The notes beneath the pieces are model-generated. The model did not search any database. It was not told the origin of the DNA and saw nothing but the letters and a program-made list of their open reading frames with translations. A stretch of 32,000 nucleotides of DNA from Desulfobulbus propionicus DSM 2032. GTDB lineage: Bacteria > Desulfobacterota > Desulfobulbia > Desulfobulbales > Desulfobulbaceae. Within the stretch, counting starts at the first letter, position 1. Each line of letters opens with the position of its first letter. Below, piece after piece: positions 1 through 8,727 of the stretch. The position numbers and the translations under genes were made by a program. Location of the stretch: the NCBI RefSeq assembly GCF_000186885.1, contig NC_014972.1, positions 1,740,001 through 1,772,000 on the forward strand. Reading direction: 5' to 3'.

Positions 1-243
1 GAAGTCTGTGACAACCGACTGTTGCTGGTCCTGGAAGGGGGCTATGATCTCGACAACGTGCGCAGCGGCAGTCTGGCGGTACTGAGCGAATTGCATGGCG
101 CTCCGTTGGCGGCGGAATATCCGGTGTATCTGCCTCCAGCGGACTTTGACCGGCTGCGCGCCTCCACAGCGGCCAGTGTTCATATAGATCGGGCGATTGA
201 GGAGGTCAGGTGCTGGTGGCCTCGCGGCCCGCTGTCTCTCTAG
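1..243 (+). CDS. Histone deacetylase / acetoin utilisation / acetylpolyamine amidohydrolase family protein, C-terminal fragment (5' end outside window)
   Basis: Frame 1 is open from the window edge. The translation EVCDNRLLLVLEGGYDLDNVRSGSLAVL contains the conserved LEGGY block near the C-terminus of the HDAC-like (arginase/deacetylase fold) family. TAG stop at 241-243. Confidence 0.7.
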   Translation, partial: EVCDNRLLLVLEGGYDLDNVRSGSLAVLSELHGAPLAAEYPVYLPPADFDRLRASTAASVHIDRAIEEVRCWWPRGPLSL

Positions 244-244
244 G

Positions 245-295
245 CAGAACCAGGCGGCCCGCATGGTCTCTGCGTGCCGCCTGGTTCTGTTTTTT
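245..295 (+). terminator. Rho-independent terminator between convergent genes
   Basis: Perfect 14-bp inverted repeat CAGAACCAGGCGGC (245-258) / GCCGCCTGGTTCTG (276-289), followed by TTTTTT (290-295). It begins just after the TAG stop. The minus-strand mcp gene ends at 304, so the hairpin may serve both genes. Confidence 0.85.
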
Positions 296-303
296 CTACG
301 TGG

Positions 304-1995
304 TTATATTTTGAATTGATTGACAATTTCCTTGAGTTCGACCGCTAGATGCTGCAGGGAGCCTGCGCTGGTGCGAACCTTGTTGCTGTTGTCGGCGATC
401 TCGCTGGAGGCCTTGCCGACTCCGGCAATGTCACGGGACATCGAGGTGGCCACGGCCGAACTTTGGTTGACGTTTTCGTTGACTTCCTGCAAGCCCAGCG
501 ACGCCTGGGAAATATTGGAGGCAATTTCCTGGGTGGCCTTGGCCTGTTCGCCGACCGCCCGGGCAATGGTGGACACGATCTCGCTGACCCGGTTGATGAC
601 TGTGGTGATCGCGCTGATGTCGGTCACCGTTTCGGCGGTGGTCTGCTGCACACCGGCGATCTGTTCCTTGATGTTGAGGGTGGCCTCGGCGGTCTGCTTG
701 GCCAGTTCCTTGATCTCGTTGGCCACCACCGCGAATCCCTTGCCCGCTTCGCCGGCCCGAGCCGCCTCAATGGTGGCGTTCAGCGCCAGCAGGTTGGTCT
801 GCTCGGAGATTTCGGTGATCGTTTCGGTCACCTTGCCGATCGCCCGGGCCGCGTCGCCCAAGGCATCCATCCTGGTCGCTGTCCTGGCGGCTTGGCTGAC
901 GGCGTCCCCGGCAATCTGGTTGGCCTGCTCCACGTTCTCGGCGATGGCGCCGATGGTCGAGGTCATCTCCTCGGCGGCGCTGGCGACCATGGCAATATTG
1001 GTGGTTGATTGCTCCATGGCGGCCGCGACATTGTTGAGGTTGACGTTCATCTGCTCGGCGTCGGCGGCAACGTGCTCCGTCTGCCGGGAAGCGTCATTGG
1101 TTCCCTGGGCCAGACTGTCGGCAAACCCCAGGAGATCGGCGGACGAGCGGTCCAAGGCTTGGGTGTTGTGGCTGATTCTGCCGATGATGCCTTGCAGTTT
1201 CTCCATGAAGGTATTCAACCAGGTGGCCAGTTCGCCGATTTCATCCTGGGATCGCACCGTAAGCCGTTTGGTCAGATCGCCTTCGCCCTCGGCAATATCC
1301 TGCAAGCCGGCCACTGCCGCGTTGATCGGTTTGGCGATGACCATACCGAGCACGCCGGCCATGACCGCCGCCACCAGCGCCGCACTCAGCAAAATGACCA
1401 ACAGGCCGATAAGGGCTCTCTGGTAGATGCGCCGAGCATCCTGCTGCGCCTGTTCGGCGTTGCGCAGGCTGATTTCGGTCAACTTGTCCAGATTGCCGCG
1501 CATGTTTTCAAACAGTTCGCTGGCCTTTCCCAAGGACACTTCCAGAGCTTTCTGCCGGGCCTGAGGTTCCCCGGATCGGCTGCTGTCGACAATCTGGCGC
1601 GATACCGGTTCCCAGGCGGCTCGATCCCGATCGAATTGGGCGATCAGTCCCTTCTCTTCCTCCGAATCGACCAACGTCTTGAATTGATTGAACCGCTCAT
1701 CAACCTGCTGGAGATTTTTTTCATAGTCCTTGTGCAGGGTGGCAAAGATGGGAGCCTGCGGATCGGCGGCGATCATCGAACGCTCCGCCACCAGCAGCTG
1801 CTGTAAATCGCGGTCTGCTTCGATCAGTTTGTCGATACTGGGCAGGCTGACCGAGAATATTTCGTTGAGTTCCCTTTCGATGCGGGTCATGCCCTGATAG
1901 GCGACCCACCCAATGCCGGCCATGAACAGGAGAATCAGGGTGAAGGTGGCAATCAGCTTGTTGCGAATCTTCATGTGGGTAAAATTCATGGTCAT
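304..1995 (-). CDS. Methyl-accepting chemotaxis protein (two TM helices, helical periplasmic sensor, HAMP, MCP signalling domain)
   Basis: 563 aa. N-terminal TM helix [20 protein letters not shown], second TM helix [30 protein letters not shown]-like [17 protein letters not shown]. Carries the highly conserved MCP hairpin [35 protein letters not shown]. Confidence 0.95.
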   Translation of the reverse strand: MTMNFTHMKIRNKLIATFTLILLFMAGIGWVAYQGMTRIERELNEIFSVSLPSIDKLIEADRDLQQLLVAERSMIAADPQAPIFATLHKDYEKNLQQVDERFNQFKTLVDSEEEKGLIAQFDRDRAAWEPVSRQIVDSSRSGEPQARQKALEVSLGKASELFENMRGNLDKLTEISLRNAEQAQQDARRIYQRALIGLLVILLSAALVAAVMAGVLGMVIAKPINAAVAGLQDIAEGEGDLTKRLTVRSQDEIGELATWLNTFMEKLQGIIGRISHNTQALDRSSADLLGFADSLAQGTNDASRQTEHVAADAEQMNVNLNNVAAAMEQSTTNIAMVASAAEEMTSTIGAIAENVEQANQIAGDAVSQAARTATRMDALGDAARAIGKVTETITEISEQTNLLALNATIEAARAGEAGKGFAVVANEIKELAKQTAEATLNIKEQIAGVQQTTAETVTDISAITTVINRVSEIVSTIARAVGEQAKATQEIASNISQASLGLQEVNENVNQSSAVATSMSRDIAGVGKASSEIADNSNKVRTSAGSLQHLAVELKEIVNQFKI

Positions 1996-2375
1996 CCCCT
2001 CTTGTTGATTGAGATTGATCGGGTCGGTTGCCCGGCGCGGTGCGGCAGCGGCTGCAGAAATCGCAACAGGGCCGGATGTTCCCTGGTCAGCTCCATTCTG
2101 GCCAATACACTGTAAGCCGGTGCATGGGGCCGTTCAGTTGCGGGCGGCGCTGCGGCTACGGACATTTTTTTCATTATAGGGGATGCCCGCGATTCTTCAA
2201 ATTATTGTCAGGGTGTTGGGAAAAAATCCGTGGGACGATGCTGACCGGGCCATCTTGGGTCCGTTTGTGTGCCTGTTCAAGGGGGGCAAGGGCTCATTGC
2301 GTCAAGTCATGGCGTGGCCTGCAGGAGGGATGCGCGGTGCGTGTTTGTTCACCCGCCGCCAGGTTGAGATATTTT

Positions 2376-2405
2376 TTGACTTTATCGAAAATTACTCTGT
2401 ACAAT
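2376..2405 (+). promoter_or_regulatory. Sigma70-type promoter candidate for the STAS-like/PilZ gene
   Basis: TTGACT (2376-2381), 18-nt spacer, TACAAT (2400-2405), preceded by a T-rich tract. Lies about 60 nt upstream of the ATG at 2464. Confidence 0.5.
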
Positions 2406-2463
2406 AGCGGTATTAACGCGGGAAACTGCTTGGCGCTTGGTGGTTTAATAACGTGCTTCTGCT

Positions 2464-3180
2464 ATGACAAATTTAAATTTAAAAGTAAAAGCGACAGCCA
2501 ATATCAAGAAAAATAGGTTGGTTGTGACTGTGCAAGGGAATGTCGACCAAAAATCATTGGAGAAGTTATACACAGAGATACGATTTTGTGTTGCCGATTT
2601 GAAGCCTGGGTTTGAAGTGATTAGTGATATTTCTCAGTGCAATTTGATTTATATCAGCGGTCTCCCTGTCTATAAAAAAATTATAGATTATCTTGTCGAT
2701 AATAAGGTCGGCGAAATAGTCAGAATAATCAAGAATGATAATGTAAGCTTTAAACAAATAGTCAATTTTTCAGAAAAAATCCAATGTTACCGTACACTGT
2801 ACGCCGAAGATCAGCAGGAGGCCGAACACAAACTGAATACCTTGATCAGAAGGGATGGCATCCGTTTTACCCTGAACAGCCTCGTTCTTGCCTATACAGC
2901 CGACGAGCGCCTTGGAACAGGCGAGCTGGTGGACATCTCGACCAGCGGTTGTTCGGTCAAGGCGCCAACCGTACCGGTGGCCGTTGGCGGGGTCATCGAG
3001 ATGACCATCCGTTTTGAACAGCACCAGACCCTTGTCTCCGTTTTCCAGGCAAAGGCCCAGATTGTCCGCGCGGATACCGAGGGATTCGCGGCCCAATTCA
3101 TGGATGTTGACGATACGCGAAAGGAAGCCTTGTACAATCGGTTGGCGCACGAATTCCACCAAATTTCCTTTGTGTTGTAA
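2464..3180 (+). CDS. Two-domain protein: N-terminal STAS-like (anti-sigma antagonist-like) module plus C-terminal PilZ (c-di-GMP binding) domain
   Basis: 238 aa. PilZ signature RxxxR (RRDGIR, aa 129-134) and DxSxxG (DISTSG, aa 157-162). The N-terminal 110 aa show a STAS-like pattern (RLVVTVQGNVD...EVISDISQCNLIYISGLPV). No clear Shine-Dalgarno sequence. Confidence 0.8.
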   Translation: MTNLNLKVKATANIKKNRLVVTVQGNVDQKSLEKLYTEIRFCVADLKPGFEVISDISQCNLIYISGLPVYKKIIDYLVDNKVGEIVRIIKNDNVSFKQIVNFSEKIQCYRTLYAEDQQEAEHKLNTLIRRDGIRFTLNSLVLAYTADERLGTGELVDISTSGCSVKAPTVPVAVGGVIEMTIRFEQHQTLVSVFQAKAQIVRADTEGFAAQFMDVDDTRKEALYNRLAHEFHQISFVL

Positions 3181-3334
3181 GCGCCGGGGCAGCGCGAATG
3201 GAGGAGGTGTTGCCTTGTTTCACCCGGAAGCCTCTGGTGGCGAGACGCGCACGCGCCAACCGGCAAGGGGCGGGGCAGCGAAAGAGAACGGTCCCCTCCG
3301 TTGCCCCGAAGAGAGCTTGTCTACAACCTGGCTG

Positions 3335-6043
3335 TTACCGCCGTGTTCCCCCCGGTGTCGTTTTTGGTGTGCCAGACTGGGACTGTGTCTGGCCCAGCGC
3401 GGTCCGACAGGGGTCATCGTCGGCTGTGACCTTGTCGACCAGCATCTCGCCCAATGTCGACAGGCCGCCGGTGGCCATGCCGGCGCCAACCGAGGCCGCG
3501 GTTTTCATGGTGCCGAGGGCATCGATCCCCATGCCGGGCTTGGCCAGGGTTCCGCTGACCCGCACCAAGCCCGCCAGCGGCGCGGATACCGAGATGCCCA
3601 CTCCGCCACGGGGACGGGGTTTGAATCCCAAGTCAAGTCGCTCGGTACGCAGGTCGATGGTGCCGGAGCCGACCATGTCCATCTGTGATGTGCGCATGGC
3701 GATCCCTTTGTCGAAGGTGGCGATCCCGTCACGCAGGACGAACCGGACGGCAGCACATTCAATCTGGGTGGTGTTTTCGCTTTTGACGAAGGGATTGAGG
3801 GCGCCCAGCACCTGAAAGAGCAGATCGCCGCCCGCCCAATCCACCGCTTTGTTGCGCATTTGTCCCTTGCCGACGCTGAGGCGTGTTTCTCCCGAGGATG
3901 AAGCCATCAGGCTGCGCACCGAGTCGCCGCTGCCCTTGAAATTGACGTTTAAATCGCTTTTGCAGCCGCTGATCGGGCTGTTGGCGGCCAGTTGTCCTAC
4001 TTCGAACCGGCGGCCGTTGAGTTGCAGGGACAGGGCCGGTGTCTTGCCAGCGGCGTTGAGGCTGGCCTCGCCCTCGAAGGTTCCGCCGGCCAGGGCGAAA
4101 CGCAGGGGCTTGACGGCCAGGCGGCCGCCGTTCAGCTGCAGGGTGAGTCGCACATCACGAATCTGCTGGGTGTCGAGCTGCAGTTTACCCACCTGCAGGG
4201 CCAGATCCGCATCCACTGACCGCAGGGCATCGACTGGCAGCGGATCGGCGGGAAATAGACGACCGTCGCCTTTCTTGGCTTGGCTGCTTTTCCCCTTGGT
4301 CTTGGCGGTTGCCTTGGTCGCCGAGGCGGCCTGGGGCGGCGAAAAATCGGCGGGATTGATGGCGGCGGCGTTCAGTTTGCCGGTCACCTTGGTTCGCTTG
4401 GCCAACTGGACCGCCACCTCCCCCGCCAGATCGCTGGTGCCGAGCGAGGATTTGAGATTGCTCACCTTCCAGGTTGTGTCGCCGCCGCTGACCTTGCCGG
4501 CAAGTTGCAACGGTCCCTTGAGGGCAAGATCGCTGCCGCCGATCTTTGCCAAGGTTGTGGGATTGTCACTGGTCAGATTCACGGTCAGATCCACGCCCAG
4601 GGCCCCGGTCAAGTCCTTGATCGCGCCCTTGGCATCGACCACCAGCAGTTCGCGCCTGCCCGCCTGGACGTTGACATCGGCCAGGTTGAAGCGGCCGTCC
4701 GGATTGCCCAGCCGGGCGGCCACGGTAAACGGTCCCAGTGTCTTTGGCAGTTCGGGTTTGCTCACCCCGGCCAGGCGCACCACCTCACCCAGTTCCTTTC
4801 CCTGGGCATTCAGCTTGAGGTCGAGTCCTCGCAGGGTCGCCAATTCGGCGATACCGCCCTGAGCGGTCACCTCCAGATCCTGAAGGGTCGCCTTGAAGTC
4901 GTTGATGTTCAGGGTGGTGGGATTGCCGTTCATCCGGGCGATCACGGTCAGCGGCCCCTTGAGGGCCATGTCCTTGCCGCCGATTTTGGCCAGGGCCGCC
5001 GGGTTGTCGCTGGTCAGGTTGACGGCCAGTTCCGCCGCCAGGGCGCCGGCCAGATCCTTGATGCCACCCTTGGCCTCGACCAGCAGCAATTCGCGCCTAC
5101 CCGCCTGCAAATCGAGATCGCTGAGATTGAACCGTCCTCCCGCATTGTCGACACGGGCGGTCACGGTAAAGGGGCCAAGCGTTTGCGGCAGTTCGGGGAG
5201 GCTCACTCCGGCCGCGCGGAGGACCTCGCCCAGTTCCTCGCCTTGGGCGGTCAGTTTGAAGTTGAGTCCTTGGAGAGCCGCCAGCTTGTCGATCCGGCCT
5301 TCCACATTCAGGGCGATCGCCTTGGCAGCAGCCTTGAGCTTCAGGGGCCAGGGAGCGCCGCTTAGGATGGCGTTGATGTCGCCCATGGTGCCGGCGAGAT
5401 CGATCTTCTGCTCGCGTGCCGTGGTCAGCAGCTGCAACGCCAGCAGGGCGGGATCGGCGGTGTCCGGCTTGAGGGTCAGCTCGTGGATGCGCACGGTTTC
5501 AGTGGTTTTGGCTGTCCGATCGTGGAGGGCGATGACCCCGTTGCTGATTTTGACCTCCCGAAGGGTAACCGAAAATGAAGCGCCCGCCCCCTCTTGCTGC
5601 TCGGTGGCGGCTGGAGGCGCGGGCCGGCCTTGTTGGTCAGGGGGGCTGAAATCTAGGTTGCCCGGACCCTTGGCCTCGGTTTCGATGACAATGTCCGGAG
5701 CGTTGAGGAGCAGCCGGTTGATGACGATTTGCCGATTGAGCAAGGGCCGCAGGGCCATTTCGAACTCAAACCGTTCCATCTTGACCATTTCGGGCCGGGT
5801 CGAACCGGGCGGATTGGAAAGGGTGATTCCCGAAGCCACCACGCTCGGCTCCAGACCCAGGCGAATCTCCAACGGTCCGGCGATGGTCAGGGCCCGGCCG
5901 GTGGCGCTTTGCACCTGCGCGGTCAGCATCTTTTTGATGCGGTCGGGGCTGACGGATTTGACGGCGATCACCATGCCCGCCACCACCACGGCCAGCACGG
6001 CTATCGCCACTGCGCCAATTTTTACAATTGATCGAACACGCAT
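3335..6043 (-). CDS. asmA: AsmA family outer-membrane assembly / lipid-transfer protein
   Basis: The ORF track gives 3335-6196. I place the start at ATG 6043 (MRVRSIVKIG...), which has GGAGG 8 nt upstream (6052-6056 on the plus strand). N-terminal TM anchor, then LTIAGPLEIRLGLEPSVVASGITLSNP. C-terminal DGIATFDKGIAMRTSQMDMVGSGTIDLRTERLDL is typical of AsmA-like proteins. Confidence 0.85.
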   Translation of the reverse strand: MRVRSIVKIGAVAIAVLAVVVAGMVIAVKSVSPDRIKKMLTAQVQSATGRALTIAGPLEIRLGLEPSVVASGITLSNPPGSTRPEMVKMERFEFEMALRPLLNRQIVINRLLLNAPDIVIETEAKGPGNLDFSPPDQQGRPAPPAATEQQEGAGASFSVTLREVKISNGVIALHDRTAKTTETVRIHELTLKPDTADPALLALQLLTTAREQKIDLAGTMGDINAILSGAPWPLKLKAAAKAIALNVEGRIDKLAALQGLNFKLTAQGEELGEVLRAAGVSLPELPQTLGPFTVTARVDNAGGRFNLSDLDLQAGRRELLLVEAKGGIKDLAGALAAELAVNLTSDNPAALAKIGGKDMALKGPLTVIARMNGNPTTLNINDFKATLQDLEVTAQGGIAELATLRGLDLKLNAQGKELGEVVRLAGVSKPELPKTLGPFTVAARLGNPDGRFNLADVNVQAGRRELLVVDAKGAIKDLTGALGVDLTVNLTSDNPTTLAKIGGSDLALKGPLQLAGKVSGGDTTWKVSNLKSSLGTSDLAGEVAVQLAKRTKVTGKLNAAAINPADFSPPQAASATKATAKTKGKSSQAKKGDGRLFPADPLPVDALRSVDADLALQVGKLQLDTQQIRDVRLTLQLNGGRLAVKPLRFALAGGTFEGEASLNAAGKTPALSLQLNGRRFEVGQLAANSPISGCKSDLNVNFKGSGDSVRSLMASSSGETRLSVGKGQMRNKAVDWAGGDLLFQVLGALNPFVKSENTTQIECAAVRFVLRDGIATFDKGIAMRTSQMDMVGSGTIDLRTERLDLGFKPRPRGGVGISVSAPLAGLVRVSGTLAKPGMGIDALGTMKTAASVGAGMATGGLSTLGEMLVDKVTADDDPCRTALGQTQSQSGTPKTTPGGTRR
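4445..5275 (-). repeat. Intragenic tandem duplication inside asmA (period 441 bp = 147 codons, about 1.9 copies)
   Basis: Protein copies LQGLNFKLTAQGEELGEVLRAAGVSLPELPQTLGPFTVTARVDNAGGRFNLSDLDLQAGRRELLLVEAKGGIKDL... and LRGLDLKLNAQGKELGEVVRLAGVSKPELPKTLGPFTVAARLGNPDGRFNLADVNVQAGRRELLVVDAKGAIKDL.... Copy starts at nt 5275 and 4834 are exactly 441 nt apart. The DNA copies are clearly related but diverged. Confidence 0.9.
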
Positions 6044-6343
6044 ACCTTGTTCCTCCTTCGGCAAGAGGTGGAGGCCACCTCCCGGTTTGAATGCCAGGGG
6101 CAAGAGGACGCCGGCCGAGAACAGTCGTCCATGCGTCGGGCCGCCTGATTGGGGGTACGAGTCGAATGAGCCATTCGGGCGCTGGAACAACGGCAAAAGC
6201 CGTCATTCCGTCCACCACAAACGGTGCGGATGCCGTTTTTCACTTGTTGCTTGGTAATTAAATGAATAATAACAATTTGATAATCTTTAAAGTTATTTTT
6301 CGGTAAACATTGCCGCCCCGGCGGCCAACGCCAAGGAGCCTCC

Positions 6344-7000
6344 ATGCCTCCGGTGATCGCGTTTATTGGCTGGCACAATTCAGGAAAGACCACCCTGACT
6401 CGACAGGTGGTCGCCCACCTCAAGGCCAAGGGCCATGCGGTCGGGGTCATCAAATCGACCAAGGAATGCGGGATCGCCTTTGATCGTCCCGGCACCGACA
6501 CGGCCCTGTACAAACAAGCGGGTGCCGACGGGGTGGCCCTGCTGGCCCCGGATCAGTTGATCCTCCAGGGCAGCCCTCCCGACGGTGACCTGCGGATCTT
6601 GGCCGGCGCTCTCTTCCCTGATGTCAGCATCGTCGTGGCCGAAGGATTCAAGCATGCCGCCCAGGTACCGAAGATCGAGGTCAGACGGGACAAGGACTCG
6701 CCGCTGTTGCGCGAGCTGGTCGAGGGGGTGGTTGCCGTGGCCACCGACCTGCCATTGATTGAGGGGCTGTGCTTTGGCCTGGATCAAAGCGACGCGATCG
6801 CCGATTTCATCGAATCGACCCTTCTCCGCGGCCGGGCGGCGACCGAGGAGCGGCTGACCCTTTCCTTAAACGACAGGGATCTGCCCGTGCCGGAACCGGT
6901 GCGGCAACGGCTGGAGGCGCTAATTGAGCCGTTTCTTCCTCCCGGCGGTCGCGCAACCCTTGCCTGGCACGGGCCATGCCCTCCACCTTCCCAGGAGTAG
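6344..7000 (+). CDS. mobB: Molybdopterin-guanine dinucleotide biosynthesis adapter protein MobB (P-loop GTPase), with a C-terminal extension
   Basis: 218 aa. N-terminus VIAFIGWHNSGKTTLTRQVVAHLKAKGHAVGVIKSTKE matches the MobB Walker A region, and VVAEGFKH matches the MobB core. AAGGAG lies 6 nt before the ATG. Confidence 0.85.
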   Translation: MPPVIAFIGWHNSGKTTLTRQVVAHLKAKGHAVGVIKSTKECGIAFDRPGTDTALYKQAGADGVALLAPDQLILQGSPPDGDLRILAGALFPDVSIVVAEGFKHAAQVPKIEVRRDKDSPLLRELVEGVVAVATDLPLIEGLCFGLDQSDAIADFIESTLLRGRAATEERLTLSLNDRDLPVPEPVRQRLEALIEPFLPPGGRATLAWHGPCPPPSQE

Positions 7001-7003
7001 CCC

Positions 7004-8065
7004 ATGGCGGAAACCCTCAATGTTCCTTCGGAAAAGGCTGGCTTGCCTCCTGGCAGCCTAGTGCATGTCGGCAGGTCGCCAGCCGTCGCGGGGCGTGTCG
7101 TTTTGATCAGTTTCAGCGAAGAGCATTTTATCGAGCAGCAGGTGGCAAGCCTCGACGACATTCTTGCTCACCGCCAGCCCGGCGCCACCCTCTGGGTGCA
7201 CTGTGAAGGCCTGGACATTGTCGAACTGCTTGAGGCCATAGGCCTGCATCTCTCGGTCCATCCATTGGTCCTGGAGGATATTCTCAACACTCACCAGCGG
7301 CCCAAGTTCGAGGAGTATGAAGACTATCTCTTCCTGGTCATGAAAACCCTGCGCGGCGATTCATCGCTCACAGTCGGTCACGAACAGATATCCCTGCTTC
7401 TGTTCGCCGACATGCTCTTTACCTTCAGGGAAAATGCGGACGATTTGTTCGGCAATCTCAGGCAGCGGCTGGCCCACCCCAAGGGACGAATCCGTTCCCG
7501 GGGCGCTGATTATCTGGCCTATGTGGTCATGGATGCGGTGGTAGACAACTATTTTGCCCTGTCGGACACCGTGGAAGAGGCCATCGAACGCGCGGAAATC
7601 ACCTTGCTCGACCGGCCGCAGTCCACAACCTTTGTCTTCATTCAACGGCTGAAACGCGAACTGGTGTTCGTCCGCAAGGCCATCACCCCGCTGCGCGAGG
7701 TCCTGCTGGCCATCCAGCGCAGCGAAAATCCCCTGATCCACGAAAAAACCCAGCTCTATTTCCGAGACGTCTTTGATCACACTCTCCGGGTGATCGATAC
7801 CATGGATTCCCACCGCGATCTGATCAACGGCATGCTCGATATCTATCTCTCCAGCGTCAGCAATCGGATGAACGAGATCATGAAGGTGCTGACCGTGTTT
7901 GCCACCATCTTCATCCCCCTGACCTTTCTCGTCGGGATCTACGGCATGAATTTCGACCACATGCCTGAGCTGCACTGGAAATGGTCCTATCCTGTTCTCT
8001 GGGGTTTGTTTTTTCTTATCCCCGCTGTGCTGCTGGCCGTGTTCAGAAAGAAAAAGTGGTTGTAA
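7004..8065 (+). CDS. corA: Magnesium/cobalt transporter CorA
   Basis: 353 aa. Signature YGMNF (GMN motif) lies between two C-terminal TM helices (VLTVFATIFIPLTFLVGIYGMNFDHMPEL). AGGAG RBS. Starts 3 nt after the mobB stop. Confidence 0.95.
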   Translation: MAETLNVPSEKAGLPPGSLVHVGRSPAVAGRVVLISFSEEHFIEQQVASLDDILAHRQPGATLWVHCEGLDIVELLEAIGLHLSVHPLVLEDILNTHQRPKFEEYEDYLFLVMKTLRGDSSLTVGHEQISLLLFADMLFTFRENADDLFGNLRQRLAHPKGRIRSRGADYLAYVVMDAVVDNYFALSDTVEEAIERAEITLLDRPQSTTFVFIQRLKRELVFVRKAITPLREVLLAIQRSENPLIHEKTQLYFRDVFDHTLRVIDTMDSHRDLINGMLDIYLSSVSNRMNEIMKVLTVFATIFIPLTFLVGIYGMNFDHMPELHWKWSYPVLWGLFFLIPAVLLAVFRKKKWL

Positions 8066-8286
8066 CCCGCAAGGAGCCGGACGCAGTGGCGTGGCTTTAT
8101 CGAGGGGTCACGGTGAGGCCGTCCGGGAGATGACGGCCAAAAGGGGAGAAGCGGGGGCCTGCAAGGGGCTCCCGGTGTGTCGAGAAATGTCCGGCCGGAG
8201 CACTGACCGTCTTTCACCCCATTGGGAAAAGACGATCGCGCCCCGGGTGTGTGGGCGGAAGGATGAGGTGCGGAAGCGCCGAGCCG

Positions 8287-8679
8287 TTACTCCAGCGTCT
8301 TTTGTTCGCCACCGAGCAGATTCAGCACCTTGTTCACCCGGAAGCGAACCAGGAATTTTTTCTCCTGTTCGCCTTCGTCCGGCCGCTTGGGCCGTCGGCT
8401 CATGGAGCGGATGAGTTCCTGATCGGTGTTTTCGTCGAGAAAACTCATGTAGAGCCGCAGCCCCTGGTAGGCATGCCCCTCCTCGAGGAAGAGATAGCAA
8501 GCCTGTTGGTTTTCCATCAGATTGGCGTGGCTGCGCCGATCCAGCATGATGAAGGCGACCTCGTCCTTGCCCAGGACGTGCGGCCTGGAGTAAATGGCCG
8601 TGTTCACTTCACCCTTGCCGTCACAGGTGGCCATGACCCCTGTGCCTTTGGTGGTGGCGAAATACTGTTCGAGTTTCAT
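8287..8679 (-). CDS. Pyridoxamine 5'-phosphate oxidase-like (FMN-binding split-barrel) family protein
   Basis: 130 aa. MKLEQYFATTKGTGVMATCDGKGEVNTAIYSRPHV...VAFIMLDRRSHANL resembles the small PNPOx-related flavin-binding family. AAGGAAA lies upstream of the ATG. Lies 48 nt downstream of the PurF-like gene on the same strand. Confidence 0.65.
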   Translation of the reverse strand: MKLEQYFATTKGTGVMATCDGKGEVNTAIYSRPHVLGKDEVAFIMLDRRSHANLMENQQACYLFLEEGHAYQGLRLYMSFLDENTDQELIRSMSRRPKRPDEGEQEKKFLVRFRVNKVLNLLGGEQKTLE

Positions 8680-8727
8680 GCGGTTTTTCCTTGTTGACCG
8701 TTGATGGGAAGGGGAACCGTTTCCGGG

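Noticed and set aside
320-1806. Plus-strand ORFs of 368, 219 and 265 aa opposite the mcp gene
   Set aside because: They are antisense shadows of a gene with the canonical MCP signalling hairpin. The translations are low-complexity and rich in Ala, Ser, Gly and Leu.
1992-2174. 60-codon minus-strand ORF whose stop overlaps the mcp start codon (ATGA)
   Set aside because: The overlap is suggestive of translational coupling. However, the peptide is Pro/Ala/Arg-rich, has no RBS, and lies in GC-rich intergenic DNA where such ORFs arise by chance. It is kept only as a note in a finding.
2183-2407. 74-codon plus-strand ORF in the mcp/PilZ intergenic region
   Set aside because: AGGGG abuts the ATG with no spacer. 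The ORF runs through the predicted promoter of the next gene. I see no recognisable features.
6219-6245. Hairpin AAACGG-N8-CCGTTT followed by TT in the asmA/mobB divergent region, which could be an orphan terminator or sRNA 3' end
   Set aside because: The stem is only 6 bp and partly A/T. The T-run is mostly consumed by the stem. No upstream plus-strand transcription unit is evident.
3849-6257. Plus-strand ORFs of 337, 361 and 454 aa opposite asmA, plus several small ORFs at 3014-3815
   Set aside because: They are antisense or alternate frames of the AsmA gene or of the convergent intergenic region. They are Arg/Pro/Ser-rich with no start-site support.
6966-6981. Sigma54-like element TGGCACGGGCCATGC just upstream of corA; a weaker one, TGGCACGCGAATCCA, at 13894-13909 upstream of the LysW-like gene
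   Set aside because: The first lies inside the mobB coding end and has ATGC instead of TTGC at -12. The second lacks the -12 GC element. No enhancer-binding protein gene is nearby.
8066-8286. Search for a terminator between convergent corA and the PNPOx-like gene
   Set aside because: I found only weak hairpins (for example CGTCTTT-N13-AAAGACG) without U-tracts, so I do not call one. The track ORFs here (107 aa plus-strand, 130 aa minus-strand) are Arg/Gly/Pro-rich noise.
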